A DNA stretch of 64,000 nt, from assembly GCF_009914755.1 (NCBI RefSeq), contig NC_060928.1. One strand, given 5' to 3'. The notes below the pieces were generated by a model, which was not told where the DNA came from, made no database searches, and was given only the letters and a program-made list of their open reading frames with translations. This document shows, piece by piece, positions 1 to 11,561 of the stretch (its first letter is position 1; each line of letters opens with the position of its first letter). The DNA comes from the human T2T-CHM13v2.0 reference genome, Homo sapiens. A program made the position numbers and the translations under genes.

Positions 1-933
1 CTGGCTTCAGAAGCAAGATCTGTACCTTTCTGCCCCATGGAGCCACACCGAGGTATGAGGATGGCAGCGGGTTCTCCCTCAGTGCCCCCAGCTCCCGCAT
101 CTGTTTCCATCTCAACTGTCCCCTGCAAGGCACAGTTGTTCTCTGCCCCTACATCACTCTGCCACCCTCTTCTGAGCAGGCTCTGGTTCTCCTTGTTCCC
201 CCTAAGTACTGATTACAAGGCTTCTGTGTGAATAGCCCCAGGTCTAAGTGGGACTCCACCGTCCTCCTTCCAGGTATGGAGCTACCACTATTAACATCGT
301 CATGGGTCGCAACCTTGTTGATGGTGACTGAGTCGTGCAGCACCCGAAGCCTCGTATGCATGGCTGTCACTCAGCTGCTCCCATCCCCCTCACGCTATGT
401 CTCCATCCTCGCAGTACTCATGGGATCAGCCCAGGGCCTGGAACATGGCAGTTGCCTGGGACTATCTATTTGAGAAGAATACACTGAAAAAAGATGTGTG
501 CATAGCGTCGAGGATGGGGGTTACTTTCCTTCTGTGTAACAGCCAAGAAGCCTCATGGTTCTGGGTGCAGTGGGGGCACTTGGAAAGGTTTGTTGAATGC
601 ATCAACGCGTAGAGTGAATGAATGAGTGCTCTTGTGCTTTCACAGTGCAACAGCAAGGCCTGGCATGGCGCTTCACCCAGCTTCATCTTGATCACTTGAA
701 AGGCACTCTCTAGTCCCAGCTGCTTATTTTGGATCCTAACCATCTCTTCCATCTGTTGACAGATTCTTATTGTCAGCATTGTTTGGGGGAGATTAGGTTT
801 TTGAAAGGTGAGGATGCTCTCTGACATTCGGGGGTTTGGGTCTGGACGTTGCATTTGATCTTCCCCTTCCTATCCAAAACGCCGTATCTGTTGTCAGGCA
901 GCTCTGTGTTTCTCTCCCTGCTCCACATCTGGT

Positions 934-1095
934 GGCCGTGTGACCTTGGACAAGTCACTTAACCTCTCTGAACTGCAATGTGCTCATTTGTAAAATAGGA
1001 AAAATGAACAGCACTACTCTGAAGAGTTGTTGTGAGGGTAGAAATGAGGAACACTCCTAAAGTGCTTCACACAGAGCCTGACAAGGAGTTAAGAC
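934..1095 (+). mobile_element. MIR SINE fragment
   Basis: gtgtgaccttggacaagtcacttaacctctctg...catttgtaaaatagg...gttgttgtgagg...cacagagcctgac matches the MIR core and 3' end. Confidence 0.85.
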
Positions 1096-1329
1096 ATGAT
1101 GGTTATTATAGTGAGGCTGGCGGTGATGGTGGTGGTGGTGATGGTGCTGATAGTGGTCATGGTGGTGATGATGATGATGGTGGTGATGGTCCTGGTGATG
1201 GTGGTGATGTCGATGATGGTGGTGGTGGTGATGATGCTGTTGATGGCGGTGGTGATAGTGATGATGGTGATGGAGGTGATGGTAATGGTGGTGTTGGTGA
1301 TGATGATGATGATGATGATGACAATGATG
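1096..1329. repeat. Mixed (GAT/GGT)n trinucleotide low-complexity repeat
   Basis: Directly visible; source of the poly-His, poly-Met/Val and Gly/Asp pseudo-ORFs. Confidence 0.97.
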
Positions 1330-1634
1330 TACCTCATAGCAAGGGACTGGAAAATAGAACGCAGAGACAGTGCTCACAAAAGTTCTTTCTCCCCGAAATT
1401 CAGTGCTTTGGGAATGCATTGGTTGCTTCTGTGCAAACCCTAATCCTAAGCTGTGGTTGGAATGTGCGGTTCATGTATCTTCCCTCAGGCTCCCTGGCAG
1501 GTTAAGAGCAGGAGGTGATGTATCAGAACCTCCAAAAGGAGCCCTGTTTATCCAGGCAGAGCCTGCTCTCAAAATGCCTGCCTGAGTCTGTAGCTTCCTT
1601 CCAGCCCCACTGAGGCTTCCAAGTCTCTTGCCAA

Positions 1635-1804
1635 CAGATCCCCAGTCCTAGCTGCACATGAGTCTCCTGGGCAGGCCTACAGATTATGAAGCCTGGACCC
1701 TGCCTCCAGAGATTCTGATTAAATTGGGTTGGAGTGGAGCTCCTGTGTCTGCTTAAAAAGCTCCCCAGGTGATTCCAATCTGCAGCCAAGGCTGAGAACC
1801 CCTG
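1635..1804. mobile_element. MER5A-type hAT-Charlie MITE
   Basis: cagagattctgattaaattggg...aaaaagctccccaggtgattccaatctgcagccaaggctgagaacccctg matches the MER5A consensus and terminal repeat. Confidence 0.85.
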
Positions 1805-2185
1805 CAAAGAATTTCTTTCCTTCTCATTGCAGGGCTGTTTAAAAACAATCACTGCCTGGCATCTCATGGGGAGGCGAACAGGCTTCTGAGATCAGTGGCA
1901 CAGAGAGTGGGCTCCTCAGTTTGTCATCAGAGACAGGAAGACAATTGTTATCAAACAATGGGTCTTCATGCTCAGCACTCTTAAAAAGAAAGAAGAGTGG
2001 AGGCCAGAGGCCACAAAGATGTACTGAAGTCACAGGGCCAGCAGGTCCAGTGTGTCCTCCAGGGAAGTTCATGGCCAAGGGAAAACGCTCCTCCCTCTTG
2101 AGCATTTTCTAATAAATGAGGAAAGGGGGCCCAGATTGTTTCATTGAACTGTCCAGGGTCAAACAGTGAGTTAATATATCTATCC

Positions 2186-2475
2186 AGTCATCCATCCATC
2201 CTCCCATCCTCCCATCCCTCCCATCCATCCTCTCATCCTCCCATCCCTCGGTCCATCCACCCATCCATCCTCCCATCCTCCCATCCTCCCATCCTGCCAT
2301 CCTCCCGTCCTCCCTTCCATCCATCTACATATTCTCCCACCTTCCCATCCACCCACACATCCATCCTCTCACTTATCGACCCATCCATCCATCCTTCCAT
2401 CCATCCATCCATCCTTCCATCCATCCATCCAGCCATCCAGCCATCCTCCCATTATTTCACTCATCCATTCATCCA
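2186..2475. repeat. (CCAT/CCATCCT)n simple repeat
   Basis: Directly visible degenerate TCCA/ATCC array. Confidence 0.95.
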
Positions 2476-2605
2476 GGTGGGATAGGGATGGACAGCTGCA
2501 TGGGTTCTTCATGGAGGCTTTAACTGCCAGGCAAGAGGTTGGCTCTGCCTTGTGGCCAAGGAGACCCATGTGAGCTATTCTAGGAAGGAGAACCCGGTAG
2601 CTGCT

Positions 2606-2703
2606 GTGATGGTCTGGGCGATGCTTGGAGAGACACAGGTGATGGTCTGGGCGAGGATTGGAGAGACACAGGTGATGATCTGGGCGATGATTGGAGAGAC
2701 AGG
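2606..2703. repeat. 33-bp minisatellite, 3 copies
   Basis: gtgatggtctgggcgatgcttggagagacacag with copies starting at 2606, 2639 and 2672. Confidence 0.93.
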
Positions 2704-3029
2704 GCTCGGAGGAAAAACAGTGGAAGAACAGTCAGGACTGAGCTTGGGGACAGACAAAGCCCTGGCCCCAGCCCCAGCCTGCATGGAGCCCACAAGGCAG
2801 TGGGAGGCAGGCCTGTGACGCTCTGACCACCCCACTGCTTCACCTGCATGAGCTCATTGCTGCATCCTCACCTAAAGCAGTGCCCAGGACCTGGAGGGTT
2901 CTCTGCAAACATCTCACGCTTGCAGGGAGGTGATGTCAGAGTGATGAGGAGGAGGCAGATGAGAGTGGGTGGGAGTAGTGACAAGAGGTGCCATGTCAGA
3001 CAGAGTAGTCATGGGGTCTCTACCAGGAG

Positions 3030-3122
3030 CAACAGTCTGAGCTGAGACCCAAATGAGGGGGCTGCCTGCGAAAACCCAAGGGAGGAGATTTCTAGGTGGA
3101 GGGAACAGCTAGGGAAAGGCAA
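3030..3122 (-). mobile_element. L2 LINE fragment
   Basis: ctgagctgagaccc...ttctaggtggagggaacagc...aaaggc resembles the antisense L2 3' region. Confidence 0.6.
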
Positions 3123-5909
3123 GGGCATCTTTTTCTCACCCCAGGACAGGGTTCCTGCAGGGACAGATGCGTTGGGAACAGGTCAGCGTTGCACCCGCCC
3201 GCTATCGGGGCCAGCATCCTGCATCCTTCCCCGCCGGCCCCGCTTCCCCGCTCCGCTCAGCTCCTGCCTCGCGCAATGCCATCTTCAGATTTCACGGAAC
3301 ACATTTCTGCTCTCAAAGGGCAATGTTGTGGCCTTCTCCCCTCATGAGGAGACAGTGGCTCTGTGGTCCCCTGTGATTATCTTTTCAATTAAATCCTCAG
3401 ACGCGGCCAGGTCTCCATTTATAAATTCATAAGAAAAGCCTACAGACCTGCGGTGGCTGTCCAGGCCCTAATTTGCTCTAAATGGCAATTTTAAATGATA
3501 CAGTGCAGGCTGGACAGCTGGGCCACGTCCCCTTCGTTCCAGGGAAGAGGGAGCAGAACGAAGATCAGCAGTGGCCCTCCAGCGGGGCTCGCCGCCCCTA
3601 CCCCGTTCTCGGTTCCTGGACTCATCAGAGCAAACTGTCCGGGACACAGGGAGAGGGTGGAACCAGGTGCGTCCCTTGTACCCAGAGCCCAGGTTCCGAG
3701 TGAAGGCCTGTTCCGGGAGTAGGCAGGTGTGGAAGAGGGACCCTCGGTGCTGCTGGCCCTGGCTGGGGATCAGGCCCCTGTCTCTGGGCCTGGAAGCCCA
3801 CCTGCTTTGGAAGTGATGTCTGCGGAATGCAACCTTCAGGACGCCCAGGCGGAGTCACCCACAGTGGGGCAGCCCCTGCACAGGCTTTGCTGGAGTCTCC
3901 ACTGCACTGGCCTAGGTCCAAGCAGTCATAGCACTGCCCCCAGCTGCCCTTCTAAGCCCTGTAGCCTAGTGGATTAGAACCTGGCCTCCCTCTGGAGAAA
4001 GGCCCAGGACCCGATTCAGCGGCATCATTCCCTAGTGCTTCGACCCTGACCTCTCTGAGATGGGGTCTATGCCTCGGGGATGAGTGCTCCCTGCACTGGG
4101 GGGCTGTGACCACCAGCCTGTGGCCCAGGACACTCAGGAGTGCTCTGTGCTGTTAGCTTGTGTCCCTGGCACTGCCCTGGGCAGGCTGCTGCAGGCACAG
4201 AGGGGCCTCAGACCCAAAGAGCAGAAGGGACAGACAGGTCCATGGATGCATCGGGATGGAGGGAAGGGCCTGGGGCTGGCTGCACAGGGGCACTTTCCCC
4301 ACCTGCTGGGTTGGGGATGATTCAGGGCAGGCTTCTAGGAGGAGGCAACAGCTGAGCGGGAGTTTACTGAGTGGGAAAGGGCAGAGGAGCAGGGGTCCAG
4401 GCAAAGTGGACGGCATGTTCCCCGCCTCAGGGGGATGAGGGGATGGCGTGGAGTGTCCACAGAGCCTGCAGCTGGTCAGGGACAGGCACTACAGGCCTAG
4501 TGGGTTGTGGCAAGCGGGGGACAAGATCACAAAGGACTGTGGCTTTGACGCCTGAATGCACAGCTGCTGCCCTCCGGGAGGGCCCTGGGCAGGAGTGGAC
4601 AAAGACCCTCTCCCTCCTGCCCCCTGCCGAATGTTTCTTTCACACACGCCGCGCTTCTGGGAAGGACACGGGAGGGCAGACTAAAGCCGGAAGAAGTGGG
4701 AGGCGGCAAGGGGATCTGGTCACATCCCGCTGGCCCCATCCCATTAAGACGAGGCTCCGCTGAGACTGGTCCCCGCTGGAGGGGCCTCATTATGTTTGTA
4801 ATTGACTCCCCGCTGTGAGGCTCCCACTCTAGAACCTGGTTTGATTGGGGCGAGGGCGGAATTAACAGAACAAAACTGCCTTCGCTCAGATCGTGAAGAA
4901 GAAATCACAGCCTGAGTGGATGGGGCCAAAGTGTTCATCATAAAAAAAAAAACAAAATAGCCCTGGAGACCGTTACTGTCAATTCTACATCTTATTTCAT
5001 TGATTCCTTTAACAAAAATGGTATGGAGCCCCTGGCCTGTGGGGTTTTGCATGCTAGACACGGTAGAGTTTGCTCAGGATATCGGCCGACCTTCCTTGTG
5101 GCCATTGATTATTAATATTTGTAATGTTAAAGCATCAAAAGAGGGAATATTCTTAGGAAGACAAATGCTAATGACCAAACATCAGAAACTGCTTCCAGAA
5201 CAAACATCCCATCAATAAAACATCCACAAATATGTGTTTGCCAAGTTGAATGTAAGGGCTCGGGCTGCAGCCGGGAGCCTGCGGGGTGGGTCTGCCCATG
5301 CGGGAGGGGCTGAGAGGAGAGGAGAGGGAGATGGCGTGTTCCCAGGGAGCCCTCAGCCCAGGGGCAATTGGGTGCCTACAGGGACCCTGGTAATGTGGGA
5401 TTGGGTATATGGATGCCCATCAGGACAGCTGACCTCCTCGCAGGGAGCGGCTCCAGAAGAGGGGCTTCACCCTGCGGTTGGGAAGGGCTGAGGGGCGTGC
5501 ACTCCAGGCAGAGGCAGCAGGAGATGCAGACATTCAGAGGCAGGATGCCCATGGAACCTTCTAGCAGCTTGGCAGGTGGAAGCCTAAGAATCCTGGTGTG
5601 GGGGTGAGACTGGAAACCCAAGACAGAATCGGGTCACAAAGGGCCCCGAATGCCAAGCATAGGCGTGTCCGTCACCCTGGAGGCAGTGATGATGGCTGGG
5701 CGGTAGCAGGACTAGAAGGGCCTTTTGGGAGGAACTGCTACTGGCTGGGAGGCTGTGACTTGGCAATGGGGAGGTGGGAGGGTGGGCGCGGTCCTGGCAT
5801 GGGGTCACCAGGGACCCGGAGGCTGGTGCAGTCACTGCTAGGCAGGATTGAAGAGGCCTGGCTCTGGCGGGGTCTGGGGGGAGAGGGGTTCCCCATGCCC
5901 ACTTCACCT

Positions 5910-6240
5910 CCTTCCAGTGCATTCTGCACACAGCAGCCAGAGGGTGTTTCAAAAGTAGCTCATTGGTGATGTCGTTACCCAGCTTTAAAAACTTCATCCG
6001 GTGTCCTCTGCTGCACCCATCTGAAGCTCCTAATGAAGCTCTGTGCCTTGGCGTGTGCTGAGATGCCCCATGTCTGCTCCCTGGTCGGTTGATGGCCTCC
6101 CCCTCAGGGCTGGGGACTCTGTGGTTGTCTTTGCTCACCCCCGTGTCTCCAGGGCCTCCCAGAGCCTGGCACCTGCTCAGCGCTCAGTAGATGGGTGTTG
6201 GATGAATGAATGAGTGGATGGATGAATTAATGAATGAATG
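5910..6240 (+). mobile_element. L2 LINE 3' fragments ending in (TGAA)n
   Basis: cacacagcagccagaggg...aaaa; cagagcctggcac...gctcagtagat...tgaatgaatga tail typical of L2. Confidence 0.65.
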
Positions 6241-6545
6241 TGGGAAGGGCCAGATTTGAAAATGGGTTGGAGGCAACATCTCCAGAAACAGCAGGCTGGG
6301 CAGTGAGGTCAGCGGGCAGAGCCCCCTCTGCGGTTGGCTCTGCCTGAGTGGCTCCTGTCCCCTCTCCAGCCTCTCTTTATGGCCTGATGGGCTGACAGGC
6401 ATCCCTCCCTTCAATGTCAGGGAGCTCTTATGCAAATGTCAAAACCCCACTCTTCAGATATTGGACACGTCTTTACCAGGTGAAGACTCTGGGCCAGCCC
6501 TAGGGCTGATGTCCGCAGCACGGTCCCTGGCTGCAGGAGGGCATG

Positions 6546-6561
6546 GGCCAGCAGGGGGCTC
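6546..6561 (+). promoter_or_regulatory. Candidate CTCF site
   Basis: GGCCAGCAGGGGGCTC is a near-match to the CTCF core CCASYAGRKGGCRS; motif evidence only. Confidence 0.35.
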
Positions 6562-6754
6562 GGAGCAAGTGTCACAGAGTCCCCAGCTCTGTGAATTCTG
6601 CATGGGGTGCTGGGTGGGCCCAGTTCGGAAGCCCAGTCCACAGTGTCACCAAGAAGGTAGCTGGGAACAGAGTCAGCAGATGAGGGGGAGTGTGGACAAA
6701 CACCCTGGGGAGCCTCGTGGAGCGAGACTGGGGTCTGGAAGTTCCAGAAGTCTC

Positions 6755-7174
6755 TGTCTTTGCTTCCTGGGGCTGCTATAATAAACGACTGCCAGCTGGG
6801 AGCTTAAAGCAACAGACATTTATCCTCTACAGCTCTGGGAGCCCGAAGCCCGGAACCAGGGGGTCTGCAGGGCCAGGCTCCCTCTATGGGCTCCTGGGGA
6901 GTTCCCTTCTGGCTGTCCCACCTCCTGGTGGCCCTGGCAGTCTGTGGCTTACAGACTCCTCCCCCAGTCACTGTCTCCATCTTCACATGACTGTCCCTGC
7001 TGTGTGTGTCTTTGTCCACATGACTTTCTTATAAGGACACCCAGCCTTGGACTTAGGGCCCACTCTGGCCTCCTCTTAACTTGGTTCCATCTGCAAAGAC
7101 CCTGTTTCCATTTGCCAATGCCAGGGGTAAGGCCTTAAACATACCTTTTAGGGGCACCCGATTCCACCAAAAAC
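6755..7174 (-). mobile_element. MLT1 (MaLR) solo LTR, MLT1C-like
   Basis: ggggctgctataa...gcttaaagcaacagacatttat...tcttataaggacac...ttagggcccac...catctgcaaagaccctgtttcca hallmark MLT1 segments. Confidence 0.88.
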
Positions 7175-7671
7175 ATTCCTTTGAGAAGTGGATCCTTATG
7201 GCTGGAGGTTGGGGGCATAGGGTGCCGCCGTGCCTGGGACTTGGCAGGTGGAAAGTCCCAGGCAGGAAGGAAGGACCTGGAAGACAGGCCAAGGAGTGGC
7301 AACAGTGGGGACTATGGAGAGCTGGTCATGGTGGGAAGACAAGGGCAGATCAGTGTGTGGAACACCTGCCACAAGGGTGAGGGGGCGAGCAAGGAGGAAG
7401 TCCAAGTGTGAGGAGGCCCGGATGCCTCTGAGGTCCATCCTGCATGTGGTAGGCTCGGCCGGCCCCCCGAGGGCCTGAGAAACCTCCCTGTGCAGCAGCC
7501 ACAGGAGTGTCCCAGCCTGGGAGCAGAGCAAGCAGGAGGCTGAGACAGAGCATGGCCAGCCCAGCTGCCCCCCTCCTGCCACTTGTCTCCCAGGGAACCC
7601 AGGATCCTGGAGCCCCTTCCCTGTGGCTGCAGACATGAAGAATACACCTGAAGAGGAATCAGAACTCATGA

Positions 7672-7762
7672 CTGTGTGTGCACCTGTACATGTGCATACA
7701 TGCACTCATGCATGTTCATGTTCACACACAACACACATACACACACATGCACATATACATGA
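7672..7762. repeat. TG/CA alternating purine-pyrimidine low-complexity tract
   Basis: Directly visible. Confidence 0.8.
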
Positions 7763-8139
7763 CCCCTGCTCCCCGCTCTTACTGTGGTGCTGTGGTCTGG
7801 GGCCTGGCCCAGGCCTTTGGAAGACTGCATGTCCAGTGACAGACTCAAAGTCAGAGAATGCACTCAGGCCAGGCCTCCATCATCTGAAGATACCACTCTG
7901 AAGGACACTGGGTTCTTGGATCTGGTGCCACTGTCGTCCATGTTCTTGTCCCTTCGGCTGTGACGAAGGACTCCAGTCTCCTTGGCTGGGGCTGGGGGCT
8001 TCCCTCGGCTGCCTAGGAGAGTGAGTGGGCACTGTGGGCCCAAGCGGAAGGAAGACAGGCAGGGGCTGAAGGCTCTCGCTGGCCTATACCCAGGCGCTTC
8101 TCTCTCCTGAGAGCCACAGGCTGGTGGGCTCAGCCATGT

Positions 8140-8592
8140 GCCAGCCCGTGTGCTCCAGGAAAACAGAATCATAGGACATGGATGGTTAGGAAGGATAGCC
8201 AGGAAGCTAGAGGACAGGTACTCAAGGAGAGATACAGATGGAGGGAAGTCGATAGACAGATATACACATAGACACAGATTGATACATTTAAGAACTTGGC
8301 TCATGCAATTGTTGGGGTTTATAAGTCAGGAACCTGTAGGTCAGGCCTGCAGGCTGGTAACTGAGGCAGGAGTGGGTGCAGCCCACGTCTGACTGGGGCT
8401 GGCTGGGCAGAGTTTCTTCTTCTCTGGGATGTGTCGGTGTTTGCTCTCAATGCCTTCAATGGATTGGATAAGGCCTCATGTTATTTTGGGTGGTCTCCTT
8501 TACCAAAGTCCTCCATAGCAGCGCCTGGATGACTGCTTGATTGGATCACTGGGAACCATAGCCTAGACAGGTTGACACATAAAACCTGTCAC
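8140..8592 (-). mobile_element. MLT2 (ERVL) solo LTR
   Basis: ctccaggaaaacagaatcatagga...ttggctcatgcaattg...ggattggataaggcc...catagcctagacaggttgacacataaaa matches the reverse complement of MLT2. Confidence 0.85.
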
Positions 8593-9330
8593 CTTTCTCT
8601 GCCAATAAAGGTGACACAGACCTTTTCCTGATGAAAAGCCAAGTAGAAAATGCCCCCAAGAGGAACAGCACTGGGCCAGCAGTCCCCAAGTCAGCAGGGC
8701 GGCCATGCCTCCTGCTAGGAGTCCCTCTCCAATCATGAACCCTCTCTTGCCACACCTCTCTAAGCAGGGACATGGCCCAGCACCTGCTCCACGCTCTCCC
8801 TCTGCTTCCATTTTCTCCATGACTCTGGTCATCATTTGACATCCTATCCCACCAGCATTGCCTACTGTCTGTGTCTCTTACTAGAAGGGGCAGGTCTTCC
8901 TTAGACAGCCAGGTTCAAATCTCCAACTCAGTGCTATGTGGTCTAAGAAACTCACACCTGCTGAGCTCCCTTGCTGTCCAGGCAAATTCCCCAAGGCGCT
9001 CTGAACTTATTGACCTCCTTTATGTCACCCCCAGGGCCCCAGCTGCAGACACGGCCAGGTTCTGACTCCTCCCACTCAAGGCCTTGCAGCTGTCAGTGAC
9101 CTCAGTGGAGGAGAAACAGCCCACAGGGTTCCACCTGGGCCGTGGGGAGGGGGCTCTGTGGGGCTGAGTCCGTGGCAGGGCAGTGCTGTGGACAGGTCTC
9201 TAGATAAGACGTGGCCTCCGGCACCAAGGCAGGTCCAAATCTTGGGAATAGCCTGAGTCATTCAGAGTCATCCTTCTGGCTATGGGGACAGCTTCTAGGA
9301 CAGACTCATGGATAACAGTGGGGTTTCAGT

Positions 9331-9480
9331 GGGCTGACCGGGGCTGACCATGGCTGACTGAGGATGACCATGGCTGACTGGGGCTGTCCAGGACTGACCA
9401 CAGCTGACTGGGGCTGACCGTGGCTGATCGGGGCTGACCATGGCTGACTGGGGCTGACCATGGCTGACTGGGGCTGACCA
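9331..9480. repeat. 10-bp (paired 20-bp) minisatellite, 15 subunits
   Basis: gggctgacca and tggctgactg alternate in register. Confidence 0.95.
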
Positions 9481-10384
9481 AGGGCAAGGGCCTCCTGAGG
9501 AGAACAGAGCGGCCCAGTGAGCTGGCTCCCATTCCAGATCCAGTGCTCTTCAAGCCTGCACATGCTCAAAGTTGGATTGGCTAAGAGCTCTGCAAAGCCG
9601 GGGTCTGAGGCTCCCCTCTGCTTGTCTGACCCCCAGAGCAAAGCTCAGTGTCAAGAACTGGAGTCTATTCCCGAGGGGGCACAGAAGGCGGGAGGACATG
9701 GATGGAGACAAATGGCCGTGAGATGAGATTTCCTGTCCCACTGCATGGAGCCCAGTGAAGCCGGAGAGAAAATGTGTGTAGGAACATGAAGATCCATCCC
9801 AGAATTCTGTCTCCAAATGAGTGAGACAAGCGTGGAACAGACTGGGCTTAATTGCTGGATGACCTGGGCCACTTTCCCTTCCAGAGTCCCCGAGTAGAGG
9901 GTGGTGGCCATTGCACCCATTTCACAGTGAGGTAAACTGATGCACAAAGTCATCGTGTTGGCTATCGCGCACACCTGCCCTCAGATGTGTGTCTCAGAAT
10001 GGCGCCTGGGACATTTCTTCCTGCTTCTAGGCTGCTGGAGCCCCAGGGCCCATCCCCAGCCACCGGGGGCCTCTTGAGCCCTTAGAAAGTTAGACACAGG
10101 GTGTGGCAAAGGGACAGTGTGTTAAGCAGCCCCTCCAGAGGCTGGGGTCCCGCAGCAGACCACCCATAACGGGAGCCATTTGCCCAGTGAGGCAGTTTGA
10201 AAAAGGCCGGGCGTGTAGGGTGCAGTGAGTATGCAGTGATGTGGGCGCTGCAGGCAGGAAGAAGGTGAAACACTCAGCCTGCGAAGGAGGCTCGCTTCCT
10301 TTCAGGGGCTATGGGCAGCCCAGGAGACCCCTCCCCATGGTTTGCGTCACCAGCTCCCCCTCCTCCAGGGCTGTGTTGAAATGT

Positions 10385-10745
10385 GCCTTCCAGGTGAGGC
10401 CTCCCACACCCCCTTATTTAAAAGAGTACCGCCACCCCCACCGTCCCCACCCGTACCTCAGCTGCCTCTCTTTCCTGGCCCCGACCCCTGCTGAACCCTG
10501 TAATTCAGCTATTCACTGTCCATTACTCTTTCCCTTGAGGCAGGGGTAGAGTCTGTCATGTTCTCCACTGAGTCTCCAGAGCTAGGACAGAGCCTGGCGC
10601 CTGGCAGCCCCCACTGCCTTTTCCCCAATGATTGAGCCATGTGGACCTCCCCCTGCTCTGACCTGGTCACCACTGTATCCCCTGAACTTTGCACACGGCT
10701 TCCTGAGTGTGGGTGCCCGATCAATATTTGACCAATGAATGAGAG
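10385..10745 (+). mobile_element. L2 LINE 3' fragments
   Basis: tgaggcagggg...ctccactgagtctccagagctaggacagagcctggc; ggtcaccactgtatcccc...tcaatatttgaccaatgaatgag. Confidence 0.6.
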
Positions 10746-10989
10746 TGTCTATAACATGGAGACAGTGGTGTGGGGGTTCCTGCTTTCTGTGATCACTGGG
10801 AAGGGGACAGAGTGGGCACATGGCATAGGCACTCGGCCCATGACAGGGGAGACCTCTCACACAGCTGGGCACCGAGGCCTGGGTCGGGGACCCTTCGGCT
10901 CTGTGTTGGCAGGGGGCCTCGGCCAAGTCACTCAAAGCCTCCGTGGCCTGGTTTCTCCTCTCCTGACGGGCTCTCCTGATAGCTTTGTG

Positions 10990-11561
10990 TCACCTAATAA
11001 AAATGACTTCCGAGGGTTCCCCACGAGCCTCCAGGGTCAAAGCTTCTCTAGAAGGATTCACAGAAGTCTGATAAGCTGTGTTCCTCATGGCAATGGCTCA
11101 TTACCAGGAAAGGTTACAGGTTAGGATCAGTAAAGGGAGAAAGGCACACAGGGCAGAGTCGGGAGGAGCCAAACGCCAGCAGCCAGCTGCCCTCTCTCTC
11201 GGTGGACTTCTGTGGGTGCCGTTTCCTTCTCTGGGCGAGGGTATGTGACCGCACACAGGACACAGGACATGTTGCTAACCAGGGAAGCTCAGCTGAGCCT
11301 CAATGTCTGGGCCTTTCCCTGGGCTGAGCCACATCAGTGTGGCTCACTCTCCACGTGCCGCCCTGAGCCTCCAGCCCTCCCTCCAGAGGCCAAGCTGAGA
11401 CCACGTGCCCTAAAGCCCCCAGATAAACAAACCTGCTCCAATTAGACAGGACATCCTAAGGCTTAGAGGTCATCTCCCAGAAGACAATCAAGGGCCAAAC
11501 CTTTCTTTGCAATGTGCAGAGTTTGGACAACCCAGCCCTGAGGCATTAGCCCCTTCTGCAC
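10990..11561 (-). mobile_element. MER21C-like ERVL LTR
   Basis: ctagaaggattcacagaa...gaaaggttacagg...gttgctaaccagggaagctca...aatgtgcagagtttggacaacccag...cccttctgcaca. Confidence 0.82.

Noticed and set aside
1032-1505. Poly-His, Gly/Asp-rich and Met/Val-rich ORFs
   Set aside because: Artefacts of the (GAT/GGT)n repeat; no splice or domain support.
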